From IMG/VR virus record IMGVR_UViG_3300006921_000009, positions 23,305-87,304 of that record: DNA of 64,000 nucleotides; one strand, 5' to 3'. The stretch comes from a virus. Under the pieces are notes generated by a model. The model saw only the letters and a list, made by a program, of their open reading frames with translations. It was not told the DNA's origin and did not search any database. This document shows positions 24,227-35,127 of the stretch, in pieces. Made by a program: the position numbers and the translations under genes. Each line of letters begins with the position of its first letter. The first letter of the stretch is position 1.

Positions 24227-25725
24227 GAGATTTTGTAACCATCTTAAAAGGAGAGGAGGTTCGTGCCAAATTATTAGAAGGTAGTACGGAGGCAGCTGAT
24301 GCTGTCTCTACTACTTTTGGACCTTATGGTAAAAACGTGGCAATCACTATGAAGTACAATGTACCTGTAGTGACAAAGGATGGTGCAACAGTAGCAGGGT
24401 ATATTAAGTTAAGAGACCAGGCTAAGAATGTAGCAGCACAATTAATTAACCAAGCAGCAAATGAGACTGCTAAGATTGCAGGTGACGGTACTACTAGTAC
24501 TACAGTATTAACTAAAGGTCTTGTTGAGAGAGCTTTTAAATTAATTTCTACTGGTGTTCAGCCTATGCAACTAAAAAGAGATCTACTAGCTGTACAACCT
24601 ATAGTGTTAAGTGAGTTAGCTAAGATGAGTTCTCCAGTAGGACCAACCAGTATTAAATCAATTGCTCTTGTAGCCTGTAATGGTGATGACGCAATGGCTG
24701 AATTAGTTACTGAAGCTTTTTCTGTAGTAGGAGAAGGAGGTCACGTTACTGTAGCAGACTCACGTAGCTATGAAACTACACTAGATGCAACAGACGGTAT
24801 TAAATTAGATCGTTCACATATCTTGCCTTCATTAGCAGGTGGTAGAACAAACATAAGACATAAAGACTGTAAGATTGCAGTACTAGATATGGATATTACA
24901 ACTGCAGAAGATGCATTGACTATCTTAGGTGTCCAGGAAGAACTTGGTAATCCTTTATTAGTTATTTGTAATGACCTAACGGGTGCAGCAGCAGAAGTTA
25001 TAGCATTTAATAAAGAGAAGCATAAAATTGCCCTTGAGGTGATACGTGCTCCTTTCATTGCGGAAGCAAGAAAAGAGGCGTGCATTGATCTGGCATGCGT
25101 TGCTGGCGCAACGCTTTTGAGTAAGCAAGCAGGTTGGGAAGTATCTGACTTTCAAGCTACACACTGTGGTAGTTCTGAAAGCGTTGAGATGACTTTAAAG
25201 GAAACGAACATTATTGGAAGACTCGGTAATGAGGAAGAGATCGCAAAGAGAGTATCGTTTTACGAAGATAAGATAGCAGAGGACAAAGAAGGACTAGGAG
25301 ATAACTATAAGAAAAGGTTAGCTTTCTTTACTTCAGGTGCAGCTGTTATTTATGTAGGAGGATCAAATGAAACAGAAGTTGGAGAAAAGAAGACTAGAAT
25401 TGATGATACAATCCGTGCAGTACGTAGTGCTATGGAAGAAGGATTCGTTACCGGTGGTGGATTGACTTATGGTCGCCTGGCAATCGGAGACCTAGCGAAG
25501 AAGTCTACGGAAGGAGCAGCAATACTATCAGAAGCTTTAGCTGACATTGTAAATGTTATTCTAAGTAACTCTGGTATTGTTACACCGGCTCAGCATAAAG
25601 AAAGTGTAGAGACGTTAAACATTATAGATCCAACGTTAGTAATTAAATCAACAATCACGAATGCAATTGGCGCAGCCACTATGATATTCACAACAGATTG
25701 TATAGTAATTAGAGAGGAAGATTAA
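24220..25725 (+). CDS. groEL: GroEL-like chaperonin (group I), lacking the GGM tail
   Basis: TFGPYG, TKDGATVA, AGDGTTS, IYVGG...EKKTRIDD, GGG, IIDP motifs. Confidence 0.95.
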   Translation: MVGDFVTILKGEEVRAKLLEGSTEAADAVSTTFGPYGKNVAITMKYNVPVVTKDGATVAGYIKLRDQAKNVAAQLINQAANETAKIAGDGTTSTTVLTKGLVERAFKLISTGVQPMQLKRDLLAVQPIVLSELAKMSSPVGPTSIKSIALVACNGDDAMAELVTEAFSVVGEGGHVTVADSRSYETTLDATDGIKLDRSHILPSLAGGRTNIRHKDCKIAVLDMDITTAEDALTILGVQEELGNPLLVICNDLTGAAAEVIAFNKEKHKIALEVIRAPFIAEARKEACIDLACVAGATLLSKQAGWEVSDFQATHCGSSESVEMTLKETNIIGRLGNEEEIAKRVSFYEDKIAEDKEGLGDNYKKRLAFFTSGAAVIYVGGSNETEVGEKKTRIDDTIRAVRSAMEEGFVTGGGLTYGRLAIGDLAKKSTEGAAILSEALADIVNVILSNSGIVTPAQHKESVETLNIIDPTLVIKSTITNAIGAATMIFTTDCIVIREED

Positions 25726-25726
25726 T

Positions 25727-26014
25727 ATGGAAAAAAAGGAAGAGTTCATAACTGAGCTAGAGAATTTCTTAACTGTAGTAAAAGACAATGGTATTTCTGC
25801 CATTGCCTTTTGCTCAGATGAGGAAGAGAGGATGAGGTTGTTAGGATTTATGCAAAGCATAACGAGACAAGAGATTAAATTAAAACAATTATTCAAAGCT
25901 TATGACGATGAGATGAATCTAGAGATTATAGCAGATGGGGATGAATTAGACCTAGAAACTATTGCAAAAGGTGATTCTATGTTACAAGCTGTAAAAATAG
26001 ACGGAAATGGTTAG
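25727..26014 (+). CDS. Hypothetical protein
   Basis: 95-aa ORF in the operon. Confidence 0.6.
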   Translation: MEKKEEFITELENFLTVVKDNGISAIAFCSDEEERMRLLGFMQSITRQEIKLKQLFKAYDDEMNLEIIADGDELDLETIAKGDSMLQAVKIDGNG

Positions 26015-26582
26015 TATGGTTAAAACCTGGCTTATCAATGAAAATTACTGGACTCTTCACCCTATGGTGCAAGAGTTTAGTGCGTTTAAGAAGTTACATA
26101 GTAAAGATAAATCTAAAGGCAAAAAAGAATCCTCTAAGTTAATGTGGGGAATAGCAATGCTTATAGATCCACATGAAGATAACAAGCTACGTACTCAACC
26201 ACATGAGACACGTATCAAAATTATTAATGAGGATTGGTTTGATCCTAAATTTAATTGGAATCATCCAGAGATAGTAGAGCTTATAGAGACCTATAAAGAT
26301 TTTTGTTTGACTGTGTCAGAGAAAGAGTTAGTTAGGTATGAGAAGAAGTTAGCTCAAAGAGGTGACTTTATTGATAGAACTAATTACTCGCTAGACGCTT
26401 ATGATGAAGACTCAGGTAAAGTAATTAAAGGAACAGCAGCACAACTAGATAAAATGATGGTAGACTCAGGCAAGATATTTGATGAGTTAGAGAAAATCAA
26501 AGAGAAGATCGGTAAAGAGGATATAGACGGACAACTGAAAGGTGGAGCTATAGAATCAGCTGCTGATAAAGGAGAAATATAA
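26007..26582 (+). CDS. Helical protein, candidate terminase small subunit
   Basis: Overlaps the terL start by 1 nt; positional inference only. Confidence 0.45.
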   Translation: MVSMVKTWLINENYWTLHPMVQEFSAFKKLHSKDKSKGKKESSKLMWGIAMLIDPHEDNKLRTQPHETRIKIINEDWFDPKFNWNHPEIVELIETYKDFCLTVSEKELVRYEKKLAQRGDFIDRTNYSLDAYDEDSGKVIKGTAAQLDKMMVDSGKIFDELEKIKEKIGKEDIDGQLKGGAIESAADKGEI

Positions 26583-28885
26583 TGGGAGATATAGTAGATC
26601 ACTTTATAAAGATTAAGAACCGTAATAATTTCTTAATTTCAGAAGTGCCTAAGTTGCATCCGCAGTCATTAGGTTACTTAAAATATTGGAAGAGACACAA
26701 GAAACGTATCATTGAAGGTTTCTGGTCACAAGATAATGCAAACATATCAGTTAACGTAGATGAAGATCTAAGTAAAGATGTATTAAATAGTAAAGGAGCC
26801 TGGCGATTTATGCCAGGTAACCTTTATTTTTATGTTAACTTTGGTATTATATTGCATAGACCAGAAGACGCACCAAAGTCAGCACCTAAAAGTAAGATAC
26901 GTCCTTTGCTCAGAGATATAGACTGGGAGCTATTCTATAATCTCTTAGAGGCTAGAGGGTTTTCAGGGTTTGCGGATGATGAACAATACTCTTCTAACAA
27001 AGAGTTAATTAAAAAAGATTTTAAGGGTAAACATGATAAAACATGCTTTAACTCTAAAGGAGAACTAAAAGAATACATAGATCCTAGGGAGTATTTGCGT
27101 AAGCTACATACTAAACCACTAGGGATGCCATTGTATGAGAATATGGCACAAGATTTTTTCTGGTTTGCCTGTCGTGGTATTGGAAAGTCTTTTAGTATCG
27201 GTGTAGGAACTATTCTACATGAGCTAATAACAGACGGAGCTAAAGCCTATACAGAACAGTCAAGAAAGAATCCATCTAAAGTAGAGTTGTTCGTAGGAGC
27301 AGCATTATCTTCTAAGTCATCAGACTTATTAGCTAAAACAAAACAAGGAATGGAAAATCTTCCTGGAGATTGGGAAGAAGGAGAGTTCTACACACCATCA
27401 CCATTAGCTAAGACTATGGGCGGTGGACTAGGACCAAATAATATGAAGAAACCATGGGCTAACCTTTATGAAAAGAAAGTTGGTGGTACATGGAAGTCAT
27501 ACGGATCAGGTTCTAATATCAAACACGGTATTTATACTTCTGAGAATCCAGAGGCAGCAGCCGGTGGTCGTTATGCATTAGCAGTAGTAGAGGAGTGGGG
27601 TCTTTTAGGGAACTCATTAACTGTACACGGTTCTAATACAGCCACAATGATGGATTACCCTTGGAAATTTGGTACAGGTGTGTGGATAGGAACCGGTGGT
27701 AACGTTGAGAAGATACAAGAAGGTGAGATTATGTTTAGAAACCCTAAAGGTTTTGAGGCACTATCTTTTCCAGACTTATGGGAGTCATCCGGAGATATTG
27801 GTTGGTTTGTACCGGCTTACTACGGGATGAATGACTTTAAAGACAAGAACGGTAATACTGATGTTGCTGCAGCAATGGAATTTATTGAGGATAGACGTGC
27901 AGAGAAGCGTAGATCAAAAGATTCATCTGCATTATCATTAGAAATGATGAATTACCCTATTGTACCATCTGAAATGTTTTTGAATGCTAAAGGAGCTATG
28001 TTCCCACAAGCAGAATTAAAAGTTCAGTTAGCCAATGTTACATCTAGACCACAAGAGTTTGAGAATGCTCACTACCATGGTGACCTAGTATGGGACGATA
28101 AAGGAAAATTAAAATGGCAAAGGACCTCAGCACAAAAGCTAGAGAGACAATACCCAATTGATAACAATAAAGATCGCCCTGGTGTAATAGAGATTATAGA
28201 GATGCCTAAGAAAGATAACAATGGTAATGTAATTACTAATCGTTATATTCAAGGGACGGATACATATGATGATGATGAATCTAAAACAACATCATTAGGA
28301 TCTACATTTATAATGGACACCTGGACAGAAAGAATTGTAGCTGAGTATACGGGACGTAGAGGAACTAAAGATTTCTATGAGATATGTAGGAAACTTAACA
28401 TCTTCTATAAGTCTATACACAACTATGAGCAGAATAAGAAAGGTTTATACACATACTACGACCAAAAGAACAGTACACATTTATTATGTGATACTCCAGA
28501 GTCTTTAAGAGATGTCGCAGATATTACTATATCTAAGATAGGTAACAAAAGAAAAGGTACGTATGCTTCTAAACCAATTAACGCTTACGGATTAAGGCTA
28601 ATACTTGACTGGCTTACATCTCCTGCATACGGAGAAGATGAAGATAGTGAGATCTTAAATTTACACAAGTTACGTAATGAAGGTCTAATCAGAGAGTTAA
28701 TGAACTTTAACACAGAGGGCAACTTTGATAGGGTGTCAGCTATGATTATGGTAATGATAATAAAAGAAGAGAGGATTAAGTTTGTAGAAAGAAAACAGCG
28801 TCAAAAAGTAGCTACATTGCTAGATGATGAGTTTTTTACTAGGAATTTTGAGCAGAGAATCCAGAAAGGGTTTGGAAATGGTTAA
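26582..28885 (+). CDS. terL: Terminase large subunit (crAss type)
   Basis: CRGIGKS Walker A, VVEEWG Walker B, GTGG coupling motif, nuclease GTDTYD and NFDRVSA. Confidence 0.92.
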   Translation: MGDIVDHFIKIKNRNNFLISEVPKLHPQSLGYLKYWKRHKKRIIEGFWSQDNANISVNVDEDLSKDVLNSKGAWRFMPGNLYFYVNFGIILHRPEDAPKSAPKSKIRPLLRDIDWELFYNLLEARGFSGFADDEQYSSNKELIKKDFKGKHDKTCFNSKGELKEYIDPREYLRKLHTKPLGMPLYENMAQDFFWFACRGIGKSFSIGVGTILHELITDGAKAYTEQSRKNPSKVELFVGAALSSKSSDLLAKTKQGMENLPGDWEEGEFYTPSPLAKTMGGGLGPNNMKKPWANLYEKKVGGTWKSYGSGSNIKHGIYTSENPEAAAGGRYALAVVEEWGLLGNSLTVHGSNTATMMDYPWKFGTGVWIGTGGNVEKIQEGEIMFRNPKGFEALSFPDLWESSGDIGWFVPAYYGMNDFKDKNGNTDVAAAMEFIEDRRAEKRRSKDSSALSLEMMNYPIVPSEMFLNAKGAMFPQAELKVQLANVTSRPQEFENAHYHGDLVWDDKGKLKWQRTSAQKLERQYPIDNNKDRPGVIEIIEMPKKDNNGNVITNRYIQGTDTYDDDESKTTSLGSTFIMDTWTERIVAEYTGRRGTKDFYEICRKLNIFYKSIHNYEQNKKGLYTYYDQKNSTHLLCDTPESLRDVADITISKIGNKRKGTYASKPINAYGLRLILDWLTSPAYGEDEDSEILNLHKLRNEGLIRELMNFNTEGNFDRVSAMIMVMIIKEERIKFVERKQRQKVATLLDDEFFTRNFEQRIQKGFGNG

Positions 28886-28902
28886 ATAAATAAGTATCTT
28901 TG
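28871..28902 (+). promoter_or_regulatory. Bacteroidota-type promoter upstream of portal
   Basis: TTTG, 20 nt, TATCTTTG: full consensus. Confidence 0.75.
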
Positions 28903-28931
28903 TAAAACAATCTTAAACAACTAATTAAGAA

Positions 28932-31352
28932 ATGAGTATATATACAGACGCAGAGTTTCCTTCTCAGAAGAGAAGTAAAGCTCAAAAGAATAAGGCTTGG
29001 CGTAAAAGTTGTGTAAATGGAGCTGAACAATTAGCTCTATTTGCTGACGAAGGTGTCAGGTCTTCTTACAGAAACAAGAGAATTAATTATGATCTCTATT
29101 CTGACATTCTAGATCCAGCAGATGTGGAGAAAATTTGTAATCCTATGATGACGCCAGGTTTGGCTGCACCAGCAAAGATGCAAAACTATCCTATTTGTAA
29201 TCCTAAGATTGACCTATTAGTAGGTGAGTCTATTAGTAGGAAGTTTGATTGGAAAGTAAGAGTATTGAATGATGATGCTATCTCTGAGAAAGAATCAGAA
29301 TTACTTGAGAAGTTCACAGGCTTAATGACAGCTCACATATCTAACAAAGATATTACTGAGGAGCAAATGAAAGCAGAACTTAACAAGTTCCAGCAATGGG
29401 CTGATTACGAGTACCAAGATTTACGTGAACGTACAGCAACGCAAATATTAGAGTACCTTTATAAAGACCTTAGATTACACCATGTGTTTTCACAAGGATT
29501 TAAAGATGCTTTAATCTCAGCAGAAGAATGCTACCAAGCAGATATTATTGCTGGTGAGCCTGTACTAAGAAAAAGAAACCCTAAGAATGTACACACGGTA
29601 CGTTCAGGAGAATCTAACAAGATTGAGGATTCTGATATTATAGCTTTAGTAGGTTATAATTCTCCAGGACAAATTGTTGATGAGTTTCATGAATACCTAA
29701 CTGATATAGAGGTAGCTAGAATAGAAGGTGGTTTAACATCTGCAGAGTCTAGTCCAGGTAAAGGTGGAATTGACATTGGTAAGAAAGGTGATTTACCTTT
29801 AGCTTCTAATGACGGTATCCTGATGAGTTCATTGGCTAATGACGTAGGATACGGATCACAATTTGATGATAGTGGAAACATTAGAGTAACACAAGTATAC
29901 TGGAAGTCTTTACGTAAGGTAAAGAAAGTAAAGTATTATGATGAAGAAGGTGAAGAACAACACGACATCTTTGATGAGTCATATAAAATAAATAAAGAAG
30001 CAGGTGAAGAAGAAACTATTCTTTGGATATCTGAATGGTGGGAAGGAACTAAAATTGGTGGTAACATCGGTGAAGGTAGTGACTCAGCAATATACGTTAA
30101 GATGCAACCTAGACCTATACAGTTTAGATCAATGGAGAACCCAAGTAAATGTCATCCTGGTATTGTAGGAACAGTTTACAACACTAATGATAACAAAGGT
30201 GTTTCTCTTATGGACCGTATGAAGCCTTACCAATATCTATACAATGTATTAGCTTATAATACAGAAGTATCTATTGCTAAGAACTACGGTAAGATTATGC
30301 GTATTGATATGGCTAGTATCCCTGAGAATTGGAAGGTTGATAAATGGTTAAGTTTTGCACAAGGTATGAACGTAGCTTTTTATGATTCTTTTAAAGAGGG
30401 TAACAAAGGTGCATCACAAGGTAAGATAGCAGGAACAATGAATCAAAATGCTCCTGTAATTGACTTAGAGATGGGTAACACTATACAGCTCTATATGAAC
30501 ATGATGGCATTTATCAAGCAAGAGCTTGGTGAGATTGCTGGAGTATCATCTGCTAGACAAGGACAAATACACAGTAGACAATCTGTAGGTAACACACAGA
30601 CAGAGATGACACAATCATCACACATTACTGAGTACTGGTTTCTTGAGCATGAAGAGACTAAATTAAGAGCAATGAACATTTTGTTAGAGACAGCAAAACA
30701 CGCTTGGAGAGATAAGTCTAACAAAAAAGTACAACACGTACTAGATGATGGTTCTACTACAATGTTTGATGTAGATACAGAACAATTTAGAGAATCAGAA
30801 TTTGGTTTACAAATAACTAACGGTAATAACTCACACGAGATACTACAAACAATGAAAGGATTAGCTCACGCAGGTATACAAACTGGAGCAGTTAACTTTA
30901 CACAGTTGTTAGATATTTACTCTACAGCATCTACAGGTTCTATACGTAGAAAACTTGAAAGAGCAGAACGTGAGAAACTGGAGCGTGAAGATAAGAATGC
31001 AGAACGTCAACAAGAAATGCAACGTGAACAAGCTGCTGCGATGGCTAAAGAAGCCGAGAAAGCAAGAGATTTCCAACGTGAAGAGTGGGACAGAAAGTCA
31101 ATGATCAATGATGATAACAATGACACTAAGCTTGAGATAGAACGTATGCGTAAGGATAATGAAGATTCAAGATATTATGAAGAATCTAAATTAAACAAAA
31201 ACGATGACGGAGGACATATGCATGCAATGCATGAGTTAAAGGTTGAGGCAGATAAGATTAAACGTGATTATGAGCTTAAAAATAAAGAACTTGCTGAGAA
31301 GATAAGATCTAATAAAGCTAACGAAAAAATCAAAGCTAAGGCTAAGAAATAA
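28932..31352 (+). CDS. Portal protein
   Basis: 806 aa after terL; FPSQK start, NYPICNPKIDLLVGE, SLMDRMKPYQYLYN, coiled-coil C-terminus; crAss gene order. Confidence 0.88.
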   Translation: MSIYTDAEFPSQKRSKAQKNKAWRKSCVNGAEQLALFADEGVRSSYRNKRINYDLYSDILDPADVEKICNPMMTPGLAAPAKMQNYPICNPKIDLLVGESISRKFDWKVRVLNDDAISEKESELLEKFTGLMTAHISNKDITEEQMKAELNKFQQWADYEYQDLRERTATQILEYLYKDLRLHHVFSQGFKDALISAEECYQADIIAGEPVLRKRNPKNVHTVRSGESNKIEDSDIIALVGYNSPGQIVDEFHEYLTDIEVARIEGGLTSAESSPGKGGIDIGKKGDLPLASNDGILMSSLANDVGYGSQFDDSGNIRVTQVYWKSLRKVKKVKYYDEEGEEQHDIFDESYKINKEAGEEETILWISEWWEGTKIGGNIGEGSDSAIYVKMQPRPIQFRSMENPSKCHPGIVGTVYNTNDNKGVSLMDRMKPYQYLYNVLAYNTEVSIAKNYGKIMRIDMASIPENWKVDKWLSFAQGMNVAFYDSFKEGNKGASQGKIAGTMNQNAPVIDLEMGNTIQLYMNMMAFIKQELGEIAGVSSARQGQIHSRQSVGNTQTEMTQSSHITEYWFLEHEETKLRAMNILLETAKHAWRDKSNKKVQHVLDDGSTTMFDVDTEQFRESEFGLQITNGNNSHEILQTMKGLAHAGIQTGAVNFTQLLDIYSTASTGSIRRKLERAEREKLEREDKNAERQQEMQREQAAAMAKEAEKARDFQREEWDRKSMINDDNNDTKLEIERMRKDNEDSRYYEESKLNKNDDGGHMHAMHELKVEADKIKRDYELKNKELAEKIRSNKANEKIKAKAKK

Positions 31353-31365
31353 AAGAAGTTACAGG

Positions 31366-31394
31366 AGTGATAGTTAATTTTAGCTATCACTTTT
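31366..31394 (+). terminator. Intrinsic terminator after portal
   Basis: AGTGATAG/CTATCACT stem plus T-run. Confidence 0.55.
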
Positions 31395-31449
31395 GTAATT
31401 TTTATTATTATGGAACGTAATTTATAGTAGATAATTAAAATAATATATC

Positions 31450-31457
31450 TATATTTG
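31450..31457 (+). promoter_or_regulatory. -7 promoter element for scaffold/capsid genes
   Basis: TATATTTG, 25 nt before the ATG at 31483. Confidence 0.6.
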
Positions 31458-31482
31458 TAATAAGTAAACAAAAACAGAGAGA

Positions 31483-32646
31483 ATGGAATTTGATGGCATA
31501 GACTTGGAAGACCTAGCTAATTCAGAATCAGCAGTAGTAGAAGGACTTTCTACAGAGAGCGATGAATCAGTAGGCAATGAAGAAACAACTAATAGCGACT
31601 CAGAAGAGTCTGAATCAGCACTAGAAGGCTTAGAGCCAATAGATGGTATTGATTTAGATGACTTAGCTGAGATCAGCGAAGAATTACCGGGAAGTGAAGA
31701 TACCGTAGAGAACGTAGGAGAAAAAGATATTAAGGATTCAGCTAACGACACAGCTACTTCCTCTTCTCAGAATACGTTTACTTCCCTAGCCTCAGCTTTG
31801 AAGGAGGCTGGATCCTTTATTGATTTGACTGATGAAGACTTAGCGTCTGTTACAGATGCTGATTCTTTGTTAGTAATGATGGAGAAGCAAATGAAGAACA
31901 ATGAGTTTGCTAACCTAAATGATAATCAAAAACAGTATTTAGAAGCGTTAGAACTAGGTATACCGCATGAACAATATGCAACTGCAAAGACTAACAGCGA
32001 CCAGTATGAGAAAGTTTCAGATGAAGATATATTTGAAAGACCAGAACTGGCACAAGAATTAATTAAACGTAGTTTCCTTATTAAAGGATTTGATAATGAT
32101 AAAGCATCTAAGTATGCTGCATTAGCTACAAAAGGAGATTCCTTTCAAGAGGATGCTGTGGACGCAAGAGACGCCCTAGTTGCATACGAAAACAACAGAC
32201 TTGAGAAAGAAATAAATACCAGAAAGCAATCACTCCTTGACGATGAGACTAAAGCTCAAGAAGCTTTATCTAAATTAAAGTCAACAGTGAATGAAACTTC
32301 TGAGGTTATACCAGGCATGAAAGTAAACTCAAGACAACGAGAGCAGATTTTTGCATCTATGACTACGCCAACAAAAGTCAAAGGTGATACTCCTCTTAAT
32401 GCTGTCATGGAGAAATACGAAAATGACCAAGAGTATAAGATGAGATTACACGCACTTGATGTTATGACCAAAGGCTTCACTGATTTTTCAAAGTTTAAGA
32501 AAACTGCGACAACTAGTGCTGCAAAGAAACTTGAGAAGCAATTAGCTCAACAAGGAATTATGTCTGGAAATAGCATGAAAGATGGCGGAGTAGTTAGTAC
32601 ATCGCAACTTGATATGAAAAACGCTTTAGATAACCTAAAGCTATAA
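31483..32646 (+). CDS. Putative capsid scaffolding protein
   Basis: Very acidic N-terminus and helical body; between portal and major capsid genes. Confidence 0.6.
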   Translation: MEFDGIDLEDLANSESAVVEGLSTESDESVGNEETTNSDSEESESALEGLEPIDGIDLDDLAEISEELPGSEDTVENVGEKDIKDSANDTATSSSQNTFTSLASALKEAGSFIDLTDEDLASVTDADSLLVMMEKQMKNNEFANLNDNQKQYLEALELGIPHEQYATAKTNSDQYEKVSDEDIFERPELAQELIKRSFLIKGFDNDKASKYAALATKGDSFQEDAVDARDALVAYENNRLEKEINTRKQSLLDDETKAQEALSKLKSTVNETSEVIPGMKVNSRQREQIFASMTTPTKVKGDTPLNAVMEKYENDQEYKMRLHALDVMTKGFTDFSKFKKTATTSAAKKLEKQLAQQGIMSGNSMKDGGVVSTSQLDMKNALDNLKL

Positions 32647-32673
32647 ACAAACAATTTTTAAAAAAAACAAATA

Positions 32674-34152
32674 ATGGCACAAAAATTATCTCCATTACAA
32701 ATGACAGATGCGACGTCATGGAAAGGTTTGACTACTGAGAATCACTTAGGTGCAATCTGGTCTACGTCTCCACAAAAAGTATCTGACATGATTATGACAG
32801 TACAACAAAATTATTTTGGAAACAACATTGATAGTGTTCTTTCTTCTTTCCCAACTTTAGAGTTTGATTCTGATGATGACTTTACATGGGAGCTTCAATC
32901 TCAAGGACTTGACAACTGTGAATTAGTTGAATGTCGTATTGATGGTACTCCTATTACAGCTGCTGATGAGCCAGGAAAGAACGGAACTTACTTTGAATTA
33001 GTATTTCCAAAGAACTGGTTTTCTGATACAGAGCGTATCGTAGGTGAGCTTAACGAAGTTTACCCAGTATTAATTACTGAAGAGCCAGTACGTGAAGGAA
33101 TGAACTGGGTTTATACTTGTCGTATGGATTCAGGTGATCCAACTATGTCTCTTCCTTATGAAGAAGCTGTAGCTGGTAAGAAGTTCTCAGGTGAATTTAG
33201 CCCAGTAGAGCGAACAATGTCTAGAAAAGGACGTGAGATCAAATTTAAGTCTCATATTTCTATGCGTAACTCTTTCTCTCAAATCCGTATCCAAAAGAAG
33301 ACTCCAGGTAACTTAAGTAACCGTAAAATGGGATCTTACTTCAAAGGTGAAGATGGGAAAGTTGTTAAATTCTGGCAACACTATGAGTCTTTCATGTTTG
33401 ACAATGCGTTCCGTGAAGATATCAACAAATTGCACATGTTTGGTACATCTAACAAGACTGCAGAAGGAAATTACTCTATTTCTGGTAAGTCTGGTTACAA
33501 GATTACTGAAGGTGCTGGTATCCGTCAACAAATGGAAGCAGCTAACAGTTCTTTTTACAATGTATTCTCTATTGAAGCATTAGCATCTAGATTGTTAGAT
33601 CTTTCTGAAGGAAAACTTAAGACTGACCAACGTGGTTTTGTTCTTAGAACAGGTGAGCGTGGTGCTTATGAGTTCCACAAATCATTAGAGAAATTCTCTC
33701 AATTGTTTACACCTCTATTGAATACTGATAGAATGTACAAAGCTAAATCTGGTATTTCTAAAATGGAATTAGGATATGGTGGACAATTCGTTGAATTCCG
33801 TGGACCAAATAACACTCAAGTTAATTTGTCAGTGGATTCTATGTACGATGATAGAAACCGTAACAAAATGTTACATCCAAATGGTGGTGTTGTTGAATCT
33901 TACAGATATGATATCCTTGACATAGGAACATCTGAAGGAGCTCCAAACATCCAAAAAGTTGGTGTTAAAGGACAACCAATCATCCACAAATACATCGCAG
34001 GTTTGAGAAACCCTTTCTCTCCAGATGGTGCAGTTTCTGCTATAGGAACAGCTGAGGATGCGTGGGAAGAGCACAAGTACTACTGTGGAGCAGCGATTGT
34101 TCGTGATCCATCTAGAACTGCAAGCTTTATCCATAACATGCAAGCAGTATAA
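32674..34152 (+). CDS. Major capsid protein
   Basis: 492 aa; WKGLTTENHLG start as in crAss-like capsid proteins; strongly biased codons; terminator downstream. Confidence 0.88.
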   Translation: MAQKLSPLQMTDATSWKGLTTENHLGAIWSTSPQKVSDMIMTVQQNYFGNNIDSVLSSFPTLEFDSDDDFTWELQSQGLDNCELVECRIDGTPITAADEPGKNGTYFELVFPKNWFSDTERIVGELNEVYPVLITEEPVREGMNWVYTCRMDSGDPTMSLPYEEAVAGKKFSGEFSPVERTMSRKGREIKFKSHISMRNSFSQIRIQKKTPGNLSNRKMGSYFKGEDGKVVKFWQHYESFMFDNAFREDINKLHMFGTSNKTAEGNYSISGKSGYKITEGAGIRQQMEAANSSFYNVFSIEALASRLLDLSEGKLKTDQRGFVLRTGERGAYEFHKSLEKFSQLFTPLLNTDRMYKAKSGISKMELGYGGQFVEFRGPNNTQVNLSVDSMYDDRNRNKMLHPNGGVVESYRYDILDIGTSEGAPNIQKVGVKGQPIIHKYIAGLRNPFSPDGAVSAIGTAEDAWEEHKYYCGAAIVRDPSRTASFIHNMQAV

Positions 34153-34189
34153 TTAAGATAATTAAATTATTTTAATAAAATATGAAAAG

Positions 34190-34224
34190 AATAGAGCCAT
34201 CATTAGGTTGGTGGCTCTATTTTT
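34190..34224 (+). terminator. Intrinsic terminator after the capsid gene
   Basis: AATAGAGCCA/TGGCTCTATT stem plus T-run. Confidence 0.75.
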
Positions 34225-34226
34225 CG

Positions 34227-34234
34227 TATATTTG
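34227..34234 (+). promoter_or_regulatory. -7 promoter element
   Basis: TATATTTG directly after the capsid terminator. Confidence 0.55.
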
Positions 34235-34251
34235 TAGAACATAAATAAATA

Positions 34252-35112
34252 ATGAGAATGAAGGAAGGAAACAAATGGGTAACACCATCAGGGAAAGTTC
34301 GCATTAAATTAATTGCTAAAGGTGTAAATTCATTAATTACGGATCCATCACATGAGGCATATAATTTATTTGGAACATCTACTAGAGATTATTTAATCCC
34401 AGTAGACAGACAGGGTAATCTACATAACCCTTTTGAATGTAGAGAAGAAAGAGATTGGTTAGAGTCTGAATTAGACTTAGATTTGAATCACCATAAAGAT
34501 GAGAAAAACTACTGGCATACAGCAAGTGTATCTTTAGGTAAGACAGATAAGAGATTAGATTTAGCTAACCCAAAGCATTACCTAGAGTATATTATTATAC
34601 GAGCAAACAAACAGTTCGTAGCCTCTAGTCTTGCAACGGCTAAGAAAAAAGCAACATACAAGTATGTAATAGTAGGAGAAAATGCTGAGATTAAAGCAAC
34701 TGCTTCTAAAGCTAACTTACGTATTGAAGCTTATAAGTTCTTAGGTAAGATAGAAGATGACAAACAAGCAATGTTAGACTTCTTAAAAGTATACGGAAAG
34801 AAAGTATCTTCTGTATCTAAAATTGAATTTTTAGTTGGTGAAATGGAAAAGATCATTACTGATGACTTAGACGGTTTCATTACAACATCAAAAGATAAAG
34901 GTAGTTACGAAATTAAATTATTAATAGCATCTGCAGTTGAATGTGGAGCCATTACTAAAGAAAAGCGTAAATACTACTTACCAGGTGGAGATGCATTATG
35001 TGGTGAAGGAGATATTCCTACAATAGATAACGCTATTATCTACTTAAGTAACAAAGCTAACCAAGACGTTTTAACTACTCTTAAAGCTAGAGTAAAGAAC
35101 GCTAAGGATTAA
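34252..35112 (+). CDS. Conserved crAss-like protein following the major capsid gene
   Basis: 286 aa; position matches the conserved crAss capsid module. Confidence 0.65.
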   Translation: MRMKEGNKWVTPSGKVRIKLIAKGVNSLITDPSHEAYNLFGTSTRDYLIPVDRQGNLHNPFECREERDWLESELDLDLNHHKDEKNYWHTASVSLGKTDKRLDLANPKHYLEYIIIRANKQFVASSLATAKKKATYKYVIVGENAEIKATASKANLRIEAYKFLGKIEDDKQAMLDFLKVYGKKVSSVSKIEFLVGEMEKIITDDLDGFITTSKDKGSYEIKLLIASAVECGAITKEKRKYYLPGGDALCGEGDIPTIDNAIIYLSNKANQDVLTTLKARVKNAKD

Positions 35113-35127
35113 TAAAAACAAAACAAA

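Noticed and set aside
24220-25725. groEL as host contamination or a prophage boundary
   Set aside because: It is highly divergent, tightly packed with phage genes on both sides, and no integrase or other host housekeeping genes are present.
9348-34152. Introns, inteins or homing endonucleases in polA, terL or the capsid gene
   Set aside because: The genes are continuous and of normal length, with no intein or LAGLIDADG/HNH motifs noticed.
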